Of a stretch of 64,000 bases of DNA, positions 47,492 to 56,732 are shown one piece after another. Below the pieces are notes generated by a model. The model worked only from the letters and a program-made list of their open reading frames with translations, had not been told where the DNA came from and did no database searches. The number at the start of each line of letters is the position of its first letter. Position 1 is the stretch's first letter. This DNA is from Acidobacteriota bacterium (GTDB lineage: Bacteria; Acidobacteriota; UBA6911): positions 5,120,001 to 5,184,000 of the forward strand of contig OY761556.1 of assembly GCA_963664705.1 (NCBI GenBank), in the 5' to 3' direction. The position numbers and the translations under genes were made by a program.

Positions 47492-48063
47492 GCCGCATGC
47501 GGGTTGTATTCTTGAAAAGATGTCAACAACTGGATAATTTCACGGCTGATCAGATCGACGCATTCCCTCGGATCACTGCTGACAGCCACTCGGGGACCAA
47601 GAATATCCGGGAGCAGAAGCATCCGGTTTCTGAAGGTCTTCATTGCGGTTCCGTATTTCTGTTCAACTTCTGCAACGTCGATGAGCTCGCCGCGGCGAAC
47701 CTTCAGTGCCAGCTCTTCTTTCTGAACCTTCAGCCATTCATGCCGGCGCTGCGCCTCAAAGAAACTTTCCGAGTTTTCATCAGGCAAGGGCAGCTGATTG
47801 CCAGGCGCTGCCGATATTTCCGTATTTTCCGCCGGCTTATCCTTCGCCCGCCTGGTCGCCTGACCGGGCATTCGAACATGCCGTTGCTGCCGGTGATCGG
47901 AGTTTTGTTCCCAGTCGTGATCGGCCTGCTCAAATTCAATCTGGCCGTTGGCCGAAACCTTGATACGGCCGCTCTGAATTGCCTTGCGTACGGCGGGGTG
48001 GGAACCCCCTGGTAACCCGAGTGATTTGCGGTGTGCGGCGTACGCCCTGAGCGATCCTAACAT
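47488..48063 (-). CDS. Terminase small subunit (Nu1-like)
   Basis: 'SLRAYAAHR…SHPAVRKAIQSGRI', 'RGELIDVAEV'. Confidence 0.85.
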   Translation of the reverse strand: MLGSLRAYAAHRKSLGLPGGSHPAVRKAIQSGRIKVSANGQIEFEQADHDWEQNSDHRQQRHVRMPGQATRRAKDKPAENTEISAAPGNQLPLPDENSESFFEAQRRHEWLKVQKEELALKVRRGELIDVAEVEQKYGTAMKTFRNRMLLLPDILGPRVAVSSDPRECVDLISREIIQLLTSFQEYNPHAA

Positions 48064-48175
48064 TCTGAACTCACCGACGACCACCGAGTGGTAACCCACC
48101 TGGGAACCCTGCCGGGTATCCGGCGGAAACCCGGCAGCCCGGGAATGCCCTTTTTCCCCTGGTGGCTATCCAAAA

Positions 48176-48220
48176 TTCGCCACCATATTACCCGCTTTGG
48201 TTTTTCCCCAGGAAGGACCC
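48176..48220 (-). other. Putative cos site (cosQ plus cosN)
   Basis: GGGTCCT (identical to lambda cosQ) followed ~18 bp later by GCGGGTAATATGGTGGCG; upstream of terS; GG(T/A)AACCC repeats at 48001-48133. Confidence 0.6.
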
Positions 48221-48311
48221 AAGCCCCCACCCCATGCACCACGGAGTGCTATACAATACGTCTCTGGGTTCGCCATACAGCAGTTTTCGCCGCGAGCTTT
48301 TTTCATGTGTG

Positions 48312-48485
48312 TCACTTCGAACCCTTCAGCGCCTGTTTCAAAGCGAGTGCAAAGTGTCCCCATATCCACTGCCGCCGATATTCTCGTCTGGTCAAATGCT
48401 CGGGACGCTTGCCTCCCTGCAGCGAATAGAACGGACGTCGCTGATCAGCACGATACACTGCAGCGACGTCCGAGGAGGTAATCAC
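48312..48485 (-). CDS. Small hypothetical protein (57 aa)
   Basis: Manual; GTG start overlapping upstream stop, GGAGG RBS. Confidence 0.55.
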   Translation of the reverse strand: MITSSDVAAVYRADQRRPFYSLQGGKRPEHLTRREYRRQWIWGHFALALKQALKGSK

Positions 48486-48787
48486 GCATACCTCCGTGCC
48501 GCTGCGAGTGATCCCGTTTTAGGAAACACTACGTTGCAGCAAGGAGGAAACATTGCGACATCGCGCCCTTCAACGTACCGCGACCTGGCGCCGTTCCAGT
48601 AGATGGTTCCGCGCTGATCTACGTACACATCGCTTGGGCTTCTCACGCCGGCGGCACAATCCAAAAGCAATAGCTGTCCATTCACCATAACAGCGGAGTT
48701 CTGCCTGCAGAGATGAAGCGCTCTGCTTTCAGACGTCCGCCTTGGCTCACCCATTCTAGGGTTAGCAATTTCAATTTGTTTTGACAT
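48482..48787 (-). CDS. Hypothetical protein, first late gene
   Basis: MSKQIEIANP…; downstream of putative late promoter. Confidence 0.55.
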   Translation of the reverse strand: MSKQIEIANPRMGEPRRTSESRALHLCRQNSAVMVNGQLLLLDCAAGVRSPSDVYVDQRGTIYWNGARSRYVEGRDVAMFPPCCNVVFPKTGSLAAARRYA

Positions 48788-48879
48788 GGTTTGGGTATCG
48801 AATCCGCTTAGGGAGAGTGTTTTATCGAGGTGACGCGTCCTCGGGAGTGCTTTTCGTGAGCTCTCACTGTACGTGTGCA

Positions 48880-48962
48880 AAATGCAGCAGATCATAGGAA
48901 CTTGTCAATATACCCGCTCACGTTCACACGACGATTGACGACGATCGACAACAATCGACTAC
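48880..48962 (-). promoter_or_regulatory. Putative late promoter with upstream 10-bp direct repeats
   Basis: TTGACA at 48908-48903; acgacgattg/acgacgatcg/acaacaatcg at 48928-48957. Confidence 0.6.
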
Positions 48963-48968
48963 TTTTCA

Positions 48969-49163
48969 CTACAATGGTCTAGGTCTAGGACCATGCTGTA
49001 ATATCCATTGAAATTCCTCGCGAGGAATAAAAATTCCCTTGGGGAAATGAACGTGGGCCACCAAATCTTTTCTGAGCCATCGTTTTACGGTTTCGGGATG
49101 CACTCCCATTTCGCGGGCCAGCTCGTCTGGGCGATAGTAGCGTTTCACTGGCAAATCAGTCAT
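48969..49163 (-). CDS. MerR/Xis-type HTH protein (candidate late activator)
   Basis: 'YYRPDELAREMGVHPETVKRWLR'. Confidence 0.8.
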   Translation of the reverse strand: MTDLPVKRYYRPDELAREMGVHPETVKRWLRKDLVAHVHFPKGIFIPREEFQWILQHGPRPRPL

Positions 49164-50118
49164 TCATCGCTCCGCTGTCAAACATTGCCAAGAAATTTGC
49201 TTCGTCTGGATTGCGAGATGCCAACGGCTTGTTGCGGATGAAATTTGCGTATTCCGCCCGCATTTCATGCCCATTTCCATTCGATTCCGGCTGCCCTAAA
49301 TAAATATCCGTGGCAGCTGGGCGTGCACTTCCGTTTTTAGCCGCAACGGGTAATCTGTGCATCTGCCCAAACAGGGTATCGAACTTTTCGCGCAGCTTCC
49401 GACCGCTGAGGATGTTGGGACCCCAGAAGCAGCCATCGCTCTGACACCACTGTATGACCGCCTCGACGTCCTTTGCCCGGCGTCCATCGATTGTCAGAAT
49501 CTTGTCGATGTCGCGCGCCCAACGAGTTTGATCGGGTAGCTTTGCTGCTTTAGAGTGCGGATCGCGCCTGGCGATCGCGGTACAAAGCAGCTCCGACAGT
49601 CGAACAGACTCGGCAGAGGGATGCGGATCCACAGCAGCGGCGTCAGCCGCATGCTTTTGTTTTTTCTTTTCTTCTTCTTTTCTATTCTTCTTCTCTTCTT
49701 GCGAAAAACTGGGGGTAATCCGGTGGGTTCCGGTGAATTGCTCATTTATAACAACTTGCGCGGGTGGTTCCGGATAAATCGGATTCGCCACATACTTAAT
49801 TCCCGGCTGTTCCTTGCGAAAATTGTGCAGGCAGAGGTACCTGTTGCCGTCGACGCTGTACAACGTGATCAGGTGGACGTCGTGCATAGCCTGGAGGGCT
49901 TCTTCGAATTCTTCTTCAGAATGCCTCGATATCGGAAAGACATTCATCTTGATCGAAAAAGCATCGCCGGCCAGGCGGCCGTGATCGTCGCAGTTAACCA
50001 TGATCAGAGGATAGAGAGCGTGACAGAAATCAGCGAGTTCTCCTGCGCGGTGATTCAGATTCGCGTATTTCTTTGAGGAAGTGCCGAGTGATTTATTAAG
50101 CAACCTGCGCTGAGCCAT
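49156..50118 (-). CDS. Phage replication initiator (replisome organizer)
   Basis: 'NCDDHGRL…I…FP' N-term; 'FWGPNILSGRKLREKFDTL' C-term; Lys/Glu linker. Confidence 0.88.
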   Translation of the reverse strand: MAQRRLLNKSLGTSSKKYANLNHRAGELADFCHALYPLIMVNCDDHGRLAGDAFSIKMNVFPISRHSEEEFEEALQAMHDVHLITLYSVDGNRYLCLHNFRKEQPGIKYVANPIYPEPPAQVVINEQFTGTHRITPSFSQEEKKNRKEEEKKKQKHAADAAAVDPHPSAESVRLSELLCTAIARRDPHSKAAKLPDQTRWARDIDKILTIDGRRAKDVEAVIQWCQSDGCFWGPNILSGRKLREKFDTLFGQMHRLPVAAKNGSARPAATDIYLGQPESNGNGHEMRAEYANFIRNKPLASRNPDEANFLAMFDSGAMND

Positions 50119-50136
50119 AAAACCGTCCGCAAGAAT

Positions 50137-50406
50137 CTATTTCGGCTTGAATAAAGGCATCTTTTCCAAGGGTAGGCCGTTGGTGAAGGTTATGTCGTAT
50201 CCTTCACGCTCGGCCCTGGCCCTGGCTTTCTTTTCAATTTCACTCCAATGCTGACGAACTGCCTTATCGAGCGATCCATCCCGAGCCCGTCCATGGAATC
50301 GGCCGCCACACATGCAGTCACAATCCAACCCTGTTGCGTTGTGGCATTTGTCGTCGCAGCGGCCCTTGATTCCATCGGAGTTTCCCCAGGACATGAGAGT
50401 TGTCAT
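50137..50406 (-). CDS. Cys-rich phage protein
   Basis: RCDDKCHNA…CDCMCGGRFHG. Confidence 0.7.
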   Translation of the reverse strand: MTTLMSWGNSDGIKGRCDDKCHNATGLDCDCMCGGRFHGRARDGSLDKAVRQHWSEIEKKARARAEREGYDITFTNGLPLEKMPLFKPK

Positions 50407-50909
50407 AAAACCCTGTTCAGTTTTGGCAGCGATCCAAACTTTCTTGCGTCAAACCGGACGGATAATTGAGCCACCAGTTCATCGATCGACAGCGCGACAA
50501 AATCAGCCAGCTTGTACATCAATTCAGGCTCGCAGGGCCCATTAAGCAGGACTCCAGTTATCTGTCCGTCACCGATCGCGTATCCGAGTTCCAGGTGAGC
50601 CGATCGGCCACAGGGCATAACAAGAATGGTTGCGTCCGCACCATAAAGATTCACGTAATCGTTCCAATATCCTTCCTGGGCAATCGGGTGCTCCAGCGCG
50701 TCTTTGAATTTCTCCGGACCCCAGCACTTCCATTCCGGATCGATTTCGCTCCAGTGAAAACCGTTGTTACCTGGTGCGGGATTTTTGAAGTCGTAAACCT
50801 CGTGACCTTCCTTCCTGAGAGCACGAACAACTTCCGGCTGATGTTCGCATCTCCAGGAGGAAGCTACATAAATTCGCAAACTAACCTCCCTCGAAAAATC
50901 GCGATTCAT
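50403..50909 (-). CDS. Nucleoside 2-deoxyribosyltransferase-like protein
   Basis: RIYVASSWR…GHEVYDF…PCGRSAHLELGYA. Confidence 0.8.
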   Translation of the reverse strand: MNRDFSREVSLRIYVASSWRCEHQPEVVRALRKEGHEVYDFKNPAPGNNGFHWSEIDPEWKCWGPEKFKDALEHPIAQEGYWNDYVNLYGADATILVMPCGRSAHLELGYAIGDGQITGVLLNGPCEPELMYKLADFVALSIDELVAQLSVRFDARKFGSLPKLNRVL

Positions 50910-51020
50910 CCGAGTGTTTCCAAAGAAATTTCCGAACAGGATGAATAACTTTATTCATATGTTTTTAATGGCACTTACGTGCCGTTTTGTGACGTGCGCG
51001 AGGCCGTATTCATTCCCACT

Positions 51021-51042
51021 CGGGGCCAAATGAGGGCCAAAT
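51021..51042. promoter_or_regulatory. Putative integrase arm-type sites (right)
   Basis: cggggccaaat-gagggccaaat. Confidence 0.7.
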
Positions 51043-51080
51043 TTTTTCGACGTTTATAGAATTGAAATGGAGAATCGAGG

Positions 51081-51093
51081 CAAGTTGTTGATT
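51081..51093 (-). promoter_or_regulatory. IHF consensus site next to att
   Basis: AATCAACAACTTG fits WATCAANNNNTTR; degenerate versions sit at the same offset from the other three fragments. Confidence 0.7.
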
Positions 51094-51099
51094 CTGCAA

Positions 51100-51185
51100 T
51101 GCCGGGGATGGGAATTGAACCCACACGTTCCTTGCGGAACCCAGGATTTTAAGTCCTGTGCGTCTGCCAGTTTCGCCACCCCGGC
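51100..51185 (-). tRNA. tRNA-Leu(TAA), CCA not encoded
   Basis: GCCGGGG acceptor, CAGGA-CTTAAAA-TCCTG anticodon arm, long variable arm, GTTCAAT T-loop. Confidence 0.97.
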
Positions 51186-51363
51186 ACATTTACACGCTTA
51201 AGTGCAGTAATCAAAGCTACACTGTTCCCCTTTCCTATTCAACAGGTTCGGGGAAAATTCGTGCAAGAGGGTCCTCCTGCCCAAACCACTTCGCGCTTCG
51301 CCAATCTCCCATGTATAATCGGCCCAACTCCCGGAAAGAACTGGAAGACTCAAAGGAGAACGA

Positions 51364-52605
51364 ATGAACGCAGACACCGAAAAGAGCTCAGAGCAGTTGC
51401 GGTCTGAAAGGCAGAAACGCATGGCGGACGCCGTCGCGCTGAAAACGCCGGACCGCGTCCCCATTTCCCTCGGCCTCAATTACTTCCCCGCCAAATTCGC
51501 CGGCACCACAACATGGGCCGCATTTTACGACTGGCCCGCGTGGAAAGAGGCCTATATCAAAGCCGCCCAGTATTACCAGCCCGACAGACTGCTCGTTGTC
51601 CTGAACCAGTCCGGGAACGTGCTCGAGGCGCTCGACAGCAAACAGTTCCGCTGGCCCGGCCACGGCGTCTCCAAATACCACACACACCAGTTCGTCGAAG
51701 GGGAATACATGAAGCAGGAAGAGTACGACCACCTGCTGACCGACCCCTCCGATTTCCTCGTCCGCTGCTACCTGCCGCGTACCTATGGAGCCCTGACACC
51801 AACCGGCAAACTTCCCCCGCTGAACATGCTGATCAACACGCTCCCCTTCGGCACGCTCGGGTCCGAAGAATTCGCGGACATGATGGAAAAACTCGCAAAG
51901 ACCGCGCGCGAAGCGGTCCAGTGGCAAAAGCAGACGTTTGCCATCATCGATGAACTTACAAAACTCGGACACTTCTGCCCGGTCACCCTGATGGCAGGCG
52001 CTCCCTTCGATGTCGTTTCCGATTTCCTGCGCGGCATGCGCGGCGCCATGCTCGATATGTACCGCTGCCCCGACAAGCTGCTGCAAGCCTGCGAAATGAT
52101 GACCAAAATCCAGCTCGACCGGATCGCCCAGGCGCCTCCCGCAAAGGAATTTCTTCCGGTCTTCATGCCTCTCCACCGCGGAGCCTACGGATTCATGTCG
52201 CTGAAGCAGTTCGAGATCTTCTACTGGCCGTTCCTGAAGCGCGTCTGCCATGCTCTCATTGAGAGGGGATATACGCCGGATCTCTTCTTCGAAGGCAACT
52301 ATACTTCGCGCCTGGAGTACATTGCAGAACTGCCGAAGGGAAAAGCGATCGCGCGCTTTGACGTTTGCGACATGGCCCGCGCAAAGGAAATCCTCGGCGG
52401 CAAGGTCTGCATCGCCGGCAATATGCCCGTTTCCGCGCTGCAGGTCGGAACCATCGACGATGTGAAGCGGATCACCAAAGAACAGATCGATACCTGCGCG
52501 AAAGACGGCGGCTACATTATGGCGCCCGCGTCGGCTTTGGATGAAGTGAATCCGGAGAATATGAAAGCCTGGATCGATTTTACGAAGGAATACGGCAAGT
52601 ACTAG
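51364..52605 (+). CDS. Uroporphyrinogen decarboxylase/MtaA-CmuA family protein
   Basis: PDRVP, LRG…MLDMYR.P, FMSLKQFE.FYWP, CIAGN, GGYIM. Confidence 0.85.
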   Translation: MNADTEKSSEQLRSERQKRMADAVALKTPDRVPISLGLNYFPAKFAGTTTWAAFYDWPAWKEAYIKAAQYYQPDRLLVVLNQSGNVLEALDSKQFRWPGHGVSKYHTHQFVEGEYMKQEEYDHLLTDPSDFLVRCYLPRTYGALTPTGKLPPLNMLINTLPFGTLGSEEFADMMEKLAKTAREAVQWQKQTFAIIDELTKLGHFCPVTLMAGAPFDVVSDFLRGMRGAMLDMYRCPDKLLQACEMMTKIQLDRIAQAPPAKEFLPVFMPLHRGAYGFMSLKQFEIFYWPFLKRVCHALIERGYTPDLFFEGNYTSRLEYIAELPKGKAIARFDVCDMARAKEILGGKVCIAGNMPVSALQVGTIDDVKRITKEQIDTCAKDGGYIMAPASALDEVNPENMKAWIDFTKEYGKY

Positions 52606-52611
52606 GAAGCC

Positions 52612-52664
52612 GCCACGAATTCCACTAACCTCACCTAGCTCCATGAATTAGTGGAATTCGTGGC
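52612..52664. repeat. 17-bp perfect inverted repeat between convergent genes (REP-like or terminator)
   Basis: gccacgaattccactaa…ttagtggaattcgtggc. Confidence 0.75.
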
Positions 52665-52671
52665 ACAATGA

Positions 52672-54276
52672 TCAGGCGCCAAACTGAATGACCGAGTACG
52701 AGCGGGCGGGAAGCTGCAACACGGTTTTCCCGCCGCTTGTCTTCCCCGGCTCGAAGGACTGCGGCACTACCTTCTTCGGGCTTTCGAAACTGTTCACAGC
52801 CTTCAAATCCGTTCCCGTCAATACCTGCGAGAATTGAACTCTTTGCGGCGCACCTTCGCGCCAGACCAGTTCCACATCGCGCGGTTTTTCCAGGTCCCGA
52901 TTCAGGATAAACACACTCACCGATCCATCCTTTTCCATCGTGGCCGAAGCATCGATGTAGGGCACGGGCGAGATTCCCCGAACCGCGTAGGTCGGCGATT
53001 CCACCGCGAGGTCCAGCACTTCGCCACGCGCACATTGCAGCGCCCATGCATAGGGATAGTAGATGCTGTGAAGGAAGAGCCCGTCCGGATTCGTCGTGAT
53101 CGGGGCGATCACATTTACCAATTGGGCCAGGCAGGCGACGTGCACACGCTCCGCCGAGCGCATCAGGGAATTGAGAAAACCGCCTACCAGCAACGCATCT
53201 TCCAGGTTGTACACTTCCTCCAGCAGCTTCGGCGCCCGCTGACGCTGCCCATCCCCTCCGCGCGCCCGGTACCAGACGTTCCACTCATCGAAGGAAAGCC
53301 ACAGCTTCTTGCGGGAGCGTTTGCGCGCCCTGACGTAATCGCAAACGCCAACGACTTCCGCTATCTGGTTTTCCATTTCCAGGTTGAACGAAAGAAACCT
53401 GGAGGTGTCGCCGGCCGCGCCGGTTTCCTCCGCGTCATTGCGGTAGTAGCAGTGGAGCGAGATGCCATCCACAAGGTCGTAGCACTCTTCGAGCATTTCC
53501 CGGTCCCACTCCAAATAGGTCGCCATCCCGGGACCGCTCGAGCCGCAGGCGATCAGCTGCACCGAGGGATCGACCATGCGCATCTGGTTGGCACAGTCGC
53601 GCGCCTTCCGGCCGTATTCGCGCGAAGTCATGTGGCCGATCTGCCACGGGCCATCCATTTCGTTTCCGAGACACCACCACTTCACATTGTGCGGTTTCTC
53701 TACTCCGTGCTGGCGTCGCAGATCGCTCCAGCGCGTCCCCTTCTCCATGTTGCAGTACTCAACCAGCGCCGCCGCCATCTCGGCCGTGCCGGTTCCAAGA
53801 TTCATCCCCATCAATGGCTCGGAGTTGACCGCCCGGCACCATTCCATGAATTCATTGGTCCCAAACTGGTTCGGCTCAATCGTATTCCATGCTTTATCAA
53901 GAACCACCGGCCGCTTGTCTTTCGGTCCGACGCCATCGAGCCAGTTATACCCCGATACAAAGTTGCCGCCGGGATAGCGGATGACCGGAACCTGCAGCTT
54001 CTTCACTGCCTCCAGCACATCCTTCCGGAAGCCGTTGGCATCTGCAAGCTTCGAGCCCGGCTCATAAACTCCACCGTACACAGAACGACCCAGGTGCTCG
54101 ATAAATGATCCGAATACCTTCCGGTCCAGAGGCGCAATTTTCTGCGCGGGATCGATATAAATCCGGGCCGACGACCCTCCGGCCGGAGCTGCTGCCAGCC
54201 CGCCAACCCAGCGGCCCGCCGCCAGCGCCGTTCCTGCAATGGAAGCCTGCTTCAGAAATGCTCTTCTTGATGACAT
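52672..54276 (-). CDS. abfA: Alpha-L-arabinofuranosidase GH51 (Tat-exported)
   Basis: SRRAFLK Tat motif, FIEHLGR, RYPGGNF, LGNEMDG, FDEWNVW. Confidence 0.93.
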   Translation of the reverse strand: MSSRRAFLKQASIAGTALAAGRWVGGLAAAPAGGSSARIYIDPAQKIAPLDRKVFGSFIEHLGRSVYGGVYEPGSKLADANGFRKDVLEAVKKLQVPVIRYPGGNFVSGYNWLDGVGPKDKRPVVLDKAWNTIEPNQFGTNEFMEWCRAVNSEPLMGMNLGTGTAEMAAALVEYCNMEKGTRWSDLRRQHGVEKPHNVKWWCLGNEMDGPWQIGHMTSREYGRKARDCANQMRMVDPSVQLIACGSSGPGMATYLEWDREMLEECYDLVDGISLHCYYRNDAEETGAAGDTSRFLSFNLEMENQIAEVVGVCDYVRARKRSRKKLWLSFDEWNVWYRARGGDGQRQRAPKLLEEVYNLEDALLVGGFLNSLMRSAERVHVACLAQLVNVIAPITTNPDGLFLHSIYYPYAWALQCARGEVLDLAVESPTYAVRGISPVPYIDASATMEKDGSVSVFILNRDLEKPRDVELVWREGAPQRVQFSQVLTGTDLKAVNSFESPKKVVPQSFEPGKTSGGKTVLQLPARSYSVIQFGA

Positions 54277-54505
54277 GCGGTCATTTCCTCCAATGTCGGA
54301 ATTTTGGGATGCATCTATAGCATATATAAATGTAGCGGCGATTCTAGCACGCCTGCACCCGCCCAGGTTCGCGAATTTGGCCGACGGCTATTTTGGCAAC
54401 AGATTCCCCGAATTCACACAAATGTGTTATGATATCCGGCTTTTATTTGGAGAAATATTGTACTGGTAGTAAGGAAATCGCAATGCTGGATTAAGGCACC
54501 TGCAA

Positions 54506-54577
54506 ATTTACGAATGACGATTTACGATGGACGATTGAACCCTTCCAGTCATCCATCGCAAATCGTCACTCGCAAAT
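54506..54577. repeat. 32-bp imperfect inverted repeat built of heptamers
   Basis: atttacgaatgacgatttacgatggacgattg / cagtcatccatcgcaaatcgtcactcgcaaat. Confidence 0.75.
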
Positions 54578-54613
54578 CCTCAAAGTTCCCCAGCTGTTCA
54601 TTTGAGAAAATAT

Positions 54614-55867
54614 ATGTCTACGATCGCAGTACCAGATTTATCTCAGGAAATAAAGGATCGCAAACTACCGGCCGGTTTTAGCATGGCCGGTGTAACCTTT
54701 GTCCTTGCAGCACTTTCATGGATCGGTCCATTCTCGATCGATACCTATCTCCCTTCGCTTCCGTCTATCAGCCACACGTTTAATGCGCCGCAAGGACAGG
54801 TGCAGCAAACCGTAACGGCATTCCTGGTTTTCTTTGCCGTTATGTCCCTATGGCATGGCGCCATTTCTGACGCCTATGGACGGCGTCGGCTGACAATCAT
54901 ATCGCTTTCCATTTTCTTTCTCGCTTCCCTGGGATGCGCCTTATCCATGAATGTGCATTTTTTGATGTTCTTCAGGGCACTGCAGGGAGCAACGGCCGGC
55001 ACCGGCATGGTCGTGGGCCGAGCCGTGGTACGCGATCTTTTTGAAGGACCCGCGGCTCAGAGGCTGATGTCGCACGTGGCCACTATCTTCACCATTGCGC
55101 CGGTCGTTGCACCGGTCCTGGGTGGATGGCTTCAAGTGTGGTTCGGATGGAGGTCGGTCTTCTATTTCATGGCCAGCCTGGCGGCCATTATCCTGGTGTG
55201 TTGCTGGAAGTTCCTCCCGGAAACCCTATCGCAGGAAAACCGCCACCCGCTGGAGGTGATGTATCTGATCCGCTCTTACTGGAGCGTTCTGACACAGCCG
55301 GCCTTTCTCATGGCCTGCGGATCGATGGCTTTCACCAGTGCCGGGTTCTTCATTTATATAGTCGCGGCTCCCGTATTCCTGATGAAACACCTCGGGCTGC
55401 GCGAAACCCAGTTCCTCTGGCTCTTTCTCCCCAACTCCATCGGAATGGTGATCGGCGCCTGGATTTCGGGGCGCTGCGCCGGCAGAATTTCGGGCAACCA
55501 GACTATTTACCTGGGATATTCCGTGATGACGATCGCGGCCGTCGGCAATGTGCTGTTGAACACGTTTTTCCGGCCGATGCTTCCGTGGACATTTCTCCCG
55601 ATCCTCGTGTACGTGATCGGAATGTCGATTGCGATGCCGAGCCTGACCCTGCTGACGCTGGATCTTTTCCCCTCGCAACGAGGCCTCGCGGCTTCCTGCC
55701 AGGGATTCATCAGCCTGGCCGCCAATTCGGCCGTCTCAGCGTTTATCGCTCTCGCATGGGGATCGACTCTCACGCTGGCAACCACGGAATTAGTCATGCT
55801 GCTGGCCGGCGTGATCACCGTCCTGCTCTATATCAAGGCTATGCGGAAGATTGTCCCGGAAAGCTAG
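54614..55867 (+). CDS. Bcr/CflA family MFS efflux transporter
   Basis: PFSIDTYLPSLP, GAISDAYGRR, many TM segments. Confidence 0.92.
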   Translation: MSTIAVPDLSQEIKDRKLPAGFSMAGVTFVLAALSWIGPFSIDTYLPSLPSISHTFNAPQGQVQQTVTAFLVFFAVMSLWHGAISDAYGRRRLTIISLSIFFLASLGCALSMNVHFLMFFRALQGATAGTGMVVGRAVVRDLFEGPAAQRLMSHVATIFTIAPVVAPVLGGWLQVWFGWRSVFYFMASLAAIILVCCWKFLPETLSQENRHPLEVMYLIRSYWSVLTQPAFLMACGSMAFTSAGFFIYIVAAPVFLMKHLGLRETQFLWLFLPNSIGMVIGAWISGRCAGRISGNQTIYLGYSVMTIAAVGNVLLNTFFRPMLPWTFLPILVYVIGMSIAMPSLTLLTLDLFPSQRGLAASCQGFISLAANSAVSAFIALAWGSTLTLATTELVMLLAGVITVLLYIKAMRKIVPES

Positions 55868-55900
55868 AGGCGTATCCGTGAATTAGGATTTGCCCCCGCT

Positions 55901-56659
55901 CTACGATACAAAAGCTGCATACGCGGACTTGGCGAAGTCGCCAAGCTTCTCGTGCACCACGACCTTGGCCATTCTGTCGTATGCAGTCTTCTCGAGATTC
56001 ACAATGACAAGTGCCGCACCGTTCGAAGCCGCGATCAGCGGCAGTTCGGCGGCCGGATATACCACCAGCGAAGAACCGAAGACCAGCATACAATCGCATT
56101 CCGAGGCTGCTTCGGCGGCCCCGTCCCACGCGTCCTCCGGCAACAGATCTTCAAAAAGAACAATATCGGGCTTGATGGAGGTGACGCATTTGGGGCAAAG
56201 CGGCACCTTCAGTTCCCCACTCTGGATTTGCGAATAAAAACCCGCCATCTGAAACCGGTCGAAGCACTCCGGGCAGTGTCCCGTATGATAGGTTCCGTGA
56301 AGCTCATAAACCGTTTTCGAGCCCGCAGCCTGGTGCAGACCGTCGATATTCTGCGTCACGACAGCCTGGAGTTTCCCCATCTCTTCCAGCTGCACCAGCA
56401 ACCTGTGCGCCAGAGTCGGCTGGGCCTGGCCGATCGTGGAAAAGAGGTTCATGCTGCTCCGGTAAAACCCTTCGGGATCCCGTTTGAAGCCGGAGAGGGA
56501 CAACTGCTCCATGAGAGCGGAATCCTCCCACAGACCGCCCGAACTCCTGAAATCGGGAATCCCCGCCTCCGTGCTGATTCCTGCTCCGGAAAGCGCAACA
56601 ATTCGATTGGATTTTCGGATGATGCTGATCGCCTGCTCAGTCTCGACCGTGGTTGTCAT
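55901..56659 (-). CDS. cobB: NAD-dependent deacylase (sirtuin)
   Basis: GAGISTEAGIPDFRS, TQNIDGLH, HG, KPDIVLF, GSSLVVYPAA. Confidence 0.93.
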   Translation of the reverse strand: MTTTVETEQAISIIRKSNRIVALSGAGISTEAGIPDFRSSGGLWEDSALMEQLSLSGFKRDPEGFYRSSMNLFSTIGQAQPTLAHRLLVQLEEMGKLQAVVTQNIDGLHQAAGSKTVYELHGTYHTGHCPECFDRFQMAGFYSQIQSGELKVPLCPKCVTSIKPDIVLFEDLLPEDAWDGAAEAASECDCMLVFGSSLVVYPAAELPLIAASNGAALVIVNLEKTAYDRMAKVVVHEKLGDFAKSAYAAFVS

Positions 56660-56732
56660 GGTCCCAATTATAAATCGGTACCCCGAGGGATTTTGCGGAA
56701 TTCTTCACCACCCCTGTTTTTGGCCACCAATA

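Larger units (their letters stand above)
11749..51154. mobile_element. Apparently intact temperate siphovirus-like prophage (~39.35 kb) in tRNA-Leu
   Basis: att repeats, int/xis, cI/cro, replication, terminase, portal, capsid, tail and lysis genes; no disrupted core gene seen. Confidence 0.95.

Noticed and set aside
49655-49700. Pyrimidine-rich tract as a microsatellite or phase-variation site
   Set aside because: Encodes the Lys/Glu linker typical of phage initiators; may be part of the origin, but no clear iterons were resolved
55901-56659. Sir2-based anti-phage defence system
   Set aside because: Canonical zinc-binding CobB deacylase in housekeeping context, with no defence partner genes
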